A stretch of DNA of 63,057 bases, counting the filler, from Sluysia triapertura (Eukaryota): assembly GCA_046118255.1 (NCBI GenBank). It is 4 parts of 4 records of this genome, joined end to end, with 100 filler letters (N's around TTAATTAATTAA, not from the genome) between each part and the next. Parts side by side here need not be neighbours in the genome. Positions count along the whole stretch, not along the records: positions 51,930 to 63,057 come from JBJNIA010188476.1; 3 more parts are not named here. The stretch is one strand, 5' to 3'. The stretch's first letter is position 1. Each line of letters begins with the position of its first letter. The notes beneath the pieces were generated by a model. The model did not search any database, was not told the DNA's origin, and saw nothing but the letters and a program-made list of their open reading frames with translations. A program made the translations under genes and the position numbers. Shown here in pieces: positions 54,851 through 63,057 of the stretch.

Positions 54851-57749
54851 TAAACTGAAATAATTCATAAATTCAATTGATTTAAATAACTTTAAAGGAA
54901 AAAATTTTTTCATAAAATTAAATTTATAATTAGATTTGTTATAATTATAATTAGATTGAAGATAATAAAAGTCCTTAATAAATATAATATAAACATAATA
55001 TTATATTATGCATGATGTAAATCATATCACGTGAATTACGTAAATAAAACCATTAAGTTATAAAATTTTTATGTAACAAATTAAAACCATTTTATAAATA
55101 AATAACTGCAAATTACTCAACTTTTAATAAAATATAGTTATTGATTGCGGTATTTGTAATTTATTTTGCATTACATTTTTCGTGAATTGACCATTTCAGA
55201 GATTTGAAAATGTAAATAACATATTAACACATTGAGAGATGACGTTAATTCACGTTATTTGGAATTTTAATTTATATAATTTCAACAAAATATATAATTT
55301 CAAGCTCTGTGCCTCAATATGTTAATAGTGCATTACAAATTTTCAATTAAATTTTAAATTTTCATTTTTTGAAGTATCATATTTACATTGAATTTTCAAA
55401 TTTTACTATGCATTGTTTTAAAAATAATTTACTGCTAGATAGAATTGCTATTTATTCCAGTAATACTTACTAAAGTGGATAAATCATACTTTCAACCTTG
55501 ACGTTTACATGAACTTGGTAACTTTTAAAATATAAAAATAGTTGAGATACAGTTTGGATTATATATACAAGTATATAGACCATCAATAATGATAACTTTT
55601 ATTAATGGGTTTAATGTGAACCTGGAAAAAGCAAATGTGAGCTTAACAACTTGATAAAAATGTTAATTTCGTTAAGTTACACTTGATTTAATAAAATTAA
55701 TAAGTCGATTGAAGGTAGTATTCTAAAAAAAGAAATTATGAAAGTATTGATACAAAAAATAAGCTGAAACATTTTAAATTAACAATTTATTTTGTGCTAA
55801 CCATATTAATCAATGTAACTTATTATTTTTTACAAAACACTCCATAAATTGCAATTTATCAATTTTAATTTCTCTCACGTTATGCCTTCTAGGTTGTTAA
55901 GTTGTCATGATATACGAAAACGAAGTAGTCCAAATGGAATTACTGAATATAATTAGTCATTTTGTGTTACTGCTACTGTTATGAAACTTGAGAGCTTTTA
56001 TTTCCTTCTACAGCTATTTTTCCTTTACTCACTGAGACATTGTTATATGCATCATTGGTAAGTTTCTTAATCATTCTAACATTCTTAAAACTATTCAATC
56101 TTTCTGAATAAATTTGAAACACTTCTTCATAATTTCTTCTATAACTTAATATCTTTTGTTATTTCGGTGGAATATAGATAGTTTTATATTGATTTTATTG
56201 AATAAAAATATCAATTGAATTATGATGTTTACTATAACGAAATATTTTACAAAAAAATTTGCATTTTGTCTAGTTTTTGTTGCTTCGATTACTTTCTATG
56301 ATTTTCGCAGTTAAATCTTTAACAAACTATAAGCAAAAATTAAAAATAACACAATCTAAGCCATAAAAAATAATAAAGTACATTCGATCATTAATTTACA
56401 AAACTATAAATTTAAGCTGCAATTTTATTCACATTACAGATCATTGATAATTAGAGAGACATCGAAAAATTAACATAAAGTTCAACGAAATGATCAAATG
56501 TTATTGTGGTGGCCAACTTCTAACTTAAAATTCAAAATAATCATTCTAATTACATTATTACATTCATTAACATTTTACATTTTTACCTTTTCAAAATTTA
56601 TCAAAACCTTTTCTAGATTTTACATTTTTTAGATCCATTAAAACTATTCTCATTTCAAAACACTTTAAATTCACAATCTTTTAACATCAAAACTATAATT
56701 ACAGTCAAACCATTAATGTACATTTCAAATTTCATTAAAACATTTTTAACTCACAATTTCACAACATTAGAATCACACTTTACATCTCAAAGTACCAAAC
56801 ATAAATTTCAAAGTTAATTCAAAACATTTCAAATTCAAAATCTTTCAACATTTACAACATTTATTTCTTAAAAAACTTTAAAATTTCATTTTAATATCAA
56901 CTTTAAAACATCGCATTTAAAATGAAAATTCTTTAACTTCCTGAACTATATTCATTCATCAATTCCTCTAACATCTTTAACTACATTGATACCTTTTATT
57001 AATTCAATAATATTACAGAAAATGTGTTCAAGAATTTTTGTTTTATTTTATTTATTTTATTATTATTAATTTTATCTTATTATCACTATTAATTCTTATT
57101 ATAATTATTATTACTATTTTACTTCATTATTTATTTTATATAATCATTATTATTATGTTTATCACTATTAAACGTTGTTACTAGCCATTGTAACCTGTCA
57201 TAAGTTGACAGATTTTAATTTAATTTCATGACGATAATTTTATAACTGTCAACTGATGACAGCTGCCTGGTTTGTTTACATTTTTATCAAAATGCATGTC
57301 GATTGGTAATGTTTAGCCAACAAATAAGAGTTGTGTACAATTGATTCGCACACTGTCTCTGTTGATGCTGCATTGTTTATAGTATTTGATTTGGCACCCA
57401 ATCACTGATTTATAATCCAATTTTGATTTATAAGTTGGTTTATTACAAGCAAAAAAACTAGAGTAAACGAGCACTATTCATAATTAAAATTAAAGAGATA
57501 AAAATTCAGCTTTTTAAAAATTTAATGCTTACTTTACTAAATCAATGAAAAATTATTATAATTCAGTTATAGATAATGATAATAATAATTTAAAAGTAAC
57601 TGAAATTCAAAACCGATGGTTTTATCATTTTCAAGTAAAAATCGTATTCAGATTGTAATACGTACTTAGTAATTGATATTGATTATAACACTGTTACGTA
57701 TTCTCATTATTAAACATAAAATGTTATCAATGTTCAGAATATCAATGAA

Positions 57750-58336
57750 GAATTTTACATATCAAGAAAATAATACCCTTTGATGTTAATACTTGCGGAT
57801 TAATAGACAAGCAAGATACACGAAAGTTAGTAAAGTTTATTCATTGTAAACCTCAATTAATAAAGATCTTCGATAATATTCCTTTAGTATTTGCATTATC
57901 TGCTGCACACCATTGTTTTGAAGAACAAAAAAGAATATTCTATACGACATTATATGAAAAATGTTATCCAAAGTACACCAAATATTTAAATTATTCATTG
58001 GCTCTCAATGCACATCCGTTTGTTATAAACGATTACACGAAATCAGCTCAACCATCTGTATTTCCTTTTCCTTTGTCAGATAGATCAACTATGCATTGGA
58101 TTTTTGATTCTTTAAATTGGTGTTACCTTTTTTACATTGATGAAATAAATGAATCTTTGATCGAATTTCGAGTTGTTTACGAAGACATGATTAAGCTATT
58201 TGAACAAATCAAATTATTCTATTTTAAAGAAATGAATAAGCAAAAAACAATAAAGTTTTCGTTAACTATTACCAAACTACAATTTAGCAAATCAATAGAC
58301 AACTATATCATGTTCAAGACTTTCCTTATTATTTAA
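57750..58336 (+). pseudogene. Cassette C cargo ORF1, unknown
   Basis: Stop-free frame of ~195 codons (RILHIKKIIPFDVNTCG...FKTFLII*). Confidence 0.5.
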
Positions 58337-58564
58337 CTTTAAAGATACGTCTATTTTCTTTCAATGATCACAATATTGATATAAAAGTAAATCTTAGTGG
58401 GATTAAATTCATATTTAATAATGGCGTTATGATGAAAAGTTCCCATGAGGATATTCAACAGAATAGTTAAAATGATAATAAGTTTTACTATGTTTTTATT
58501 GAAAATAAAAGATTAAGTATTAAAAATCAAGTCCTGCTGTTTAAATTACAGTATTTATACAATT

Positions 58565-59150
58565 ATGGTAAAAAATGAAATTGAAAGAAGCTCCTGAATC
58601 AGAAAATGCTAATGCTCATCTACTAAAGGAGTTGGAGATCCCACACTGTCTCTTACATCATCTATGATGACTCAAAGAGGTTTTCAAAAAGTTACACAGT
58701 GGCTAAATATTGTTTATGATCCTAAGACAAATGTTCAAAGTCGATCTATTCCCATGCCAATTTTCAAAGCGATTTCCACCAATCAGTTACTTGCAGCACA
58801 ATGCCCCTACGGAGTGGATTCCTCCAATATTTGTATAAAGTATGGATTATGCTGTCCACATTATCACAACGTATTCGAAATCAACACTAATCAAGAACAA
58901 GCGATCGAACATAAAACAAGATTATACGATTTATTAGGATCAACAAAATATGGAAATTACCAATACCACCGACAGTTCAACAATAATCAACTAAAAGGCT
59001 ACTACCAAAGTAATGATATTATTTACAAAGTAATTTACATTTGCTTAACTATGTATAAATTATTGTTTATATAATAATTAGTTTATTTCGCAGGAATCTA
59101 CGACCAGAATAGTTGAAACGGCATCCGACTGCAGACACAGCAAAGTGTAA
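58565..59150 (+). pseudogene. Cassette C cargo ORF2, similar to cassette B cargo
   Basis: ORF from 58664; intron 59030-59093 (GTAATT...CGCAG) gives last exon ESTTRIVETASDCRHSKV*; two stops lie between the ATG at 58565 and 58664. Confidence 0.55.
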
Positions 59151-60637
59151 AATAGGAACTTTAAAAACATTTTTAGTAAAACTTAAAATTGATGTTTTTA
59201 AAAATAAAATTACGTTTTATTTTGTTTCTTTTTGTAAAATTTCAAATGCAAAAATGAAAAGTTAAATATAAAACTTATGAAATATTTTACAAGTATTGTA
59301 ATAGACTTGTAACTTTATATGTTTAAATTCCAAACAATAATTAATAACTAGATTACCTAAGCATATAACCCTAAAGATATATAAACTGCACTTGTACTAC
59401 GAAAAATAGAAAAACAATTCAAGCAAAACTAAAATATTTCAAACATTTACAAAGCATTTAAATGAAACAAAATTTATAATTTATAAAAATTATAATCTAA
59501 CCATCATTACTTTTACTCATTTTTTTGTCCAATTTAATACAATGTTTAAAAGAATAAATGTAAGTAGTAAAATAAAATAACATAAGTATTATTATACACA
59601 TATGATTCATCATGTTCCAGGTGAAGATAAAGAGATAATGCAAATTCCAAGTAAAATGCAATTTTGCAAATTATCCATATTTAACCAAACAAATTAGAAA
59701 TAATAAAACTATTCTGAACTGAGTAATTCATAAATATTAACATTATGTAATGTAACATAAAATTTGGCTTGAAAACATGCAAATGTTTAGATTGATTTCC
59801 GCTCTTCAAATATAATTGTTTTGGTAAATTTAAACAAAAAAGTAATAAATATAATTTGTAACAAATGTTTGACAAATATTTTATGTACTTATGAAAAATC
59901 AAGGATTAATAAATATAATATTAAGGTTTTTTTTTGCGCGATATTTTCAATATGCTTTGTCAACAAATATTTCAATATGTTTTTAAATTTTGTAAATAAA
60001 GGCATTATTTTATTTAAAAGATAAATGTGTGTAAATTAAGGAAATAGATTATGTAAGCTGTTACAATGATTTTGATCTTACTTCTAATTCTAACTGAATC
60101 ACATGTGTTTCTTTGGGACTGCGGAAATATCTTTGTTTAAGTACTTCTGAATTCTGTTTTAGAAATAAATTAACCCTATTAAATTAAACATATTGATTAA
60201 TTAACAAAACTTTGCATTTAATTCTTTAATTCGTTTATAACGATTATATGTTTTAGCTATTATAAAATGTGCAATTTTATTGCAAACAATCAAATATTAC
60301 ACAAGCTCATTCTGTGAATTACATTAAACATTGTATATTATAATTAAATTTAATTTAATCAATTTAACGAAAATATTTTGTAACTGTATTATAAACTATT
60401 TATCACAACTTCTTTCTTCATAGTGTGTTTAAATAATTTAACATTTAATGCTTTATATGTAACTTTAATTTTACTTTTGATGGGTTTTCATTTCATATTT
60501 ATTTAAATAACATTTCGACATAATTTCATTAATTTTATCTTATAACTTCAATGTATTTTATTTAGTAATACAAATTTTGCCATGGCAATTTAGTTCATGC
60601 TACAAAATAAATATTTTTTTCGATACATTTAAAATAC

Positions 60638-62309
60638 ATGGGTTTACGTTATGCTAAAAATACTATTGAATCAAAACCAGAATTTCGGAGAAAACGGTCA
60701 CTAGCTATTGAAAATGAACCTAATGCGTAAAAATAGATTTACTTTTAATTATATTTAGCAAACGCTGCCGTTCTACTTTCAATTATTTATATAATCATCT
60801 ATTTCTTAAAGGAGAAAATAGTGACATATGTATCAAGGCTTTCGACAAAAAATGGAATTTGCATAAAGTTTATATTCGACAAGTAAGCAGTTTAGAAAAT
60901 TTATATTTATAGTCGCCATATTTTGCTTCAATGTTTTCTGATTCTTGGATTGAAGCAAATTATTCTGAAGTTTCATTGGAGTTTACTGATTCTAATATAA
61001 ACGCGGAATCATTAAATATTGTTTTAGGAAGTTTTTATAATAACGACATCACATTGGATGAAGAAGGTATATTATCAATTTTAGCAACTAGTTTATGGTT
61101 CCAGTTAACGGATTTAACAGAACAATGTGAGGAATTTATTTTACGTAATCTTCGGTTAGGTTTCGTATTTTTTTAATATTGCTTAGTCTTGAGAATTTTG
61201 TATATTTTTATAATATTGCTGAAATCTATGAAATTTTACATTTGAGCAATAAAATTGTAGCATGGATTAGTCGCTGTATTATGATTGCAAAAGATTGTGA
61301 TAGTTTTTATGAGATTCTAAAATCAATTAAGTATATAAATTATTTTTTTTATTTTTTGTTTGTAGACCAAAGTTAATGTTGAAAATTGTACAATGTCATG
61401 AATTATTTGTTATACATGTTGAAGAAGATGTCTTGTTTTTAATTCTAAAGGTATGTTTCATTTAAAATGTAAATAAATTAATTATTCACTTTAATTTTAT
61501 ATAGTGGCTATATTTACAAAAGATATCTTACCCGAAAAAGTATAATGAAGAAATAAATTCAGGAATAAGAAATTTTTTTAAATATTCTGGTTTGTTTATT
61601 TATTAAAAGAATTATACTTTTAAGATATTAAAATTAATCAGTTTACTGAACCAGAAATCATCGAAGAAATATTTAAAGAAATAAAATGGCCTTATGTAAT
61701 ATCAACATTTTGTTCAGCATCTTCTGTTCTACAATTTTCAATTATTCCAAAACGTAATAAATATTTATTAAAATAATTAATGATTAAGATTCAAAATTTG
61801 TTTTTTGTCTTTTACGGAAGTAAAATTATTTCAGATAAATAATTTTAACGTAAAGTTTAACAATAATAGATCTACTATCTCATTATGTAGCAAGGTTAAT
61901 GTAATTTCGTTATTTTTTTCGAGATGTTTTAGATATTAGATTTACAGTGTCGAAATTTGGCTTTCTTTCTTAAAGTTTTTTTCTAGAGAACAACACTGAA
62001 ACGATTATTATTAATGTTTTTGTTGAAATAGTTTGTAACGTAATTTTCCATAGTAAATCTTGTTGCAAATATTTGTCAATTAATAAGAATTCTCCGTTTA
62101 ACTAATAATTTATTATTATTATTATATATAAATTCATTAATGAAATATAATATATTAATTTTGTATTTTCAAAGAGCCTTGTACGAAGATAATATTTTCA
62201 AATTCAGTGAATAAAAAAGGGTATACGTTTTCTTAAGCTTAATTACAAGAAGTATTTAATCTGATTAGATTCTTTATATTTTCATACCTTCTTCAATGTT
62301 ATTAGATAA
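60638..62309 (+). CDS. GMCL1: Germ cell-less (GMCL1)-like BTB/BACK protein
   Basis: MG start; STFNYLYNHLFLKGENSDICIKAFDKKWNLHKVYIRQSPYFASMFSDSWIE and LFVIHVEEDV...LKWLYLQ. Introns 60727-60758, 60883-60912, 61155-61186, 61331-61365, 61451-61504, 61590-61624 and more; the 3' exon boundaries are less certain. Confidence 0.88.
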
Positions 62310-62629
62310 TTGTTTTGGTTAACTATCGTTAGTTACCTATTTTAGTGTTCAACTTATTCATGAACGCAATCACAAATATTCAATACACAGTACACCTTCG
62401 CCACATCTTGCACAAATAACAACACCCAAAATATAACACACTTTTAACATATTACGCTAATATATCCTAACTTAAATAAAATATAATATACCTTAACTTA
62501 AATAGAATATAATATACCCAAATTACAATAATTTATCGAACAACGATACTTCAATCCGCCGATATCGCTCTACCCAACTACACCAACATTGTGCCAATTT
62601 TCACATCCTCCTTTATTTTATAATTTATA

Positions 62630-62936
62630 ATGACAATAAATAAGCGTATAAGTGTCACTTTGGAAGAAAATCGTAGTTTTAAAATTATAACAATAATTTT
62701 ATCTGTTGTTTTGGTATTATTCTTCAGTGGAATTCATTTTTTGTTAAATACACTTTATCCGATATTTGAAGAAAAACAATATTTCATAATTCTATGTAAT
62801 AATAGTTATAAAGTATGCCCAAAATCAATGTTTGGTTACGTTATAACAGTTGGAATATTATTTACAATTTTTCCAACACCGTTTACCGGTTTATTTTTTG
62901 ATAAAACTGGTTATGGAATTATATTAATAACAACAA
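62630..62936 (+). CDS. SLC43/MFS-like transporter N-terminus, interrupted by cassette D
   Basis: Hydrophobic VLVLFFSGIHF...YFIILC...C...FGYVITVG...PFTGLFFDKTG (MFS motif A G...D+.G), resembling TM1-3 of SLC43. Confidence 0.6.
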
Positions 62937-63057
62937 TGTAGTGGTCAACTTAATAACTCAAAATCAAAACAAACCGTAATAAAAAAACAACCTTCTCAAC
63001 AGCCATACTCCTTAATTCATAATCACAACACCACACATCTCATAAAACAATAATTCA
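62937..63057. mobile_element. Cassette D terminus (truncated by contig end)
   Basis: TGTAGTGGTCAAC followed by G-poor, C/A-rich sequence like the leaders of A-C. Confidence 0.65.

Larger units (their letters stand above)
56505..59291. mobile_element. Cassette C: solo-LTR-like insertion with two cargo ORFs
   Basis: TGTGGTGGCCAAC start; leader block shared with B; hairpin 57195-57262; end ...ATAAAACTTATGAAATATTTTACA resembles the end of B. The TSD is imperfect (GTTAT vs AGTAT), so the right boundary is tentative. Confidence 0.72.

Noticed and set aside
59560-60330. Minus-strand gene head-to-head with GMCL1
   Set aside because: Splice-like signals are present, but every frame tried hits stops and no homology was recognised.

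Overview
This is a very AT-rich animal (invertebrate) nuclear sequence. It is not one contiguous locus: four contigs of decreasing length (1-17890, 17991-35246, 35347-51829, 51930-63057) are joined by artificial 100-bp N44-TTAATTAATTAA-N44 spacers. Shared repeats suggest the contigs come from one genome. Host genes are partial PAXIP1/PTIP (minus), partial polycystin-2/PKD2 family (plus), the 3' half of an SLC5A7-like choline transporter (minus), a germ cell-less (GMCL1)-like gene with mostly 30-55 bp introns, and the 5' part of an SLC43-like transporter. There is abundant transposon debris: hAT, piggyBac, mariner including a DD39D-type, L2/CR1 LINE, an integrase remnant and tRNA-like SINEs. 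The most notable feature is a family of 2.1-2.8 kb insertions (18186-20335, 42084-44839, ~56505-59291, plus partial copies at 62937 and possibly 62341). They share a TGT(G/A)GTGG(C/T)CAAC terminus, TG...CA-type ends with 5-bp target-site duplications, a G-poor leader, an AAT tract and a 17-18 bp TGAC(A)...TGTCA hairpin. Each then carries intron-containing cargo ORFs with no recognisable transposase or RT. One copy has a captured Rab7-like exon spliced in frame to the cargo. They look like giant solo-LTR-like gene cassettes. All alignments and translations were done by eye; no database searches were run.
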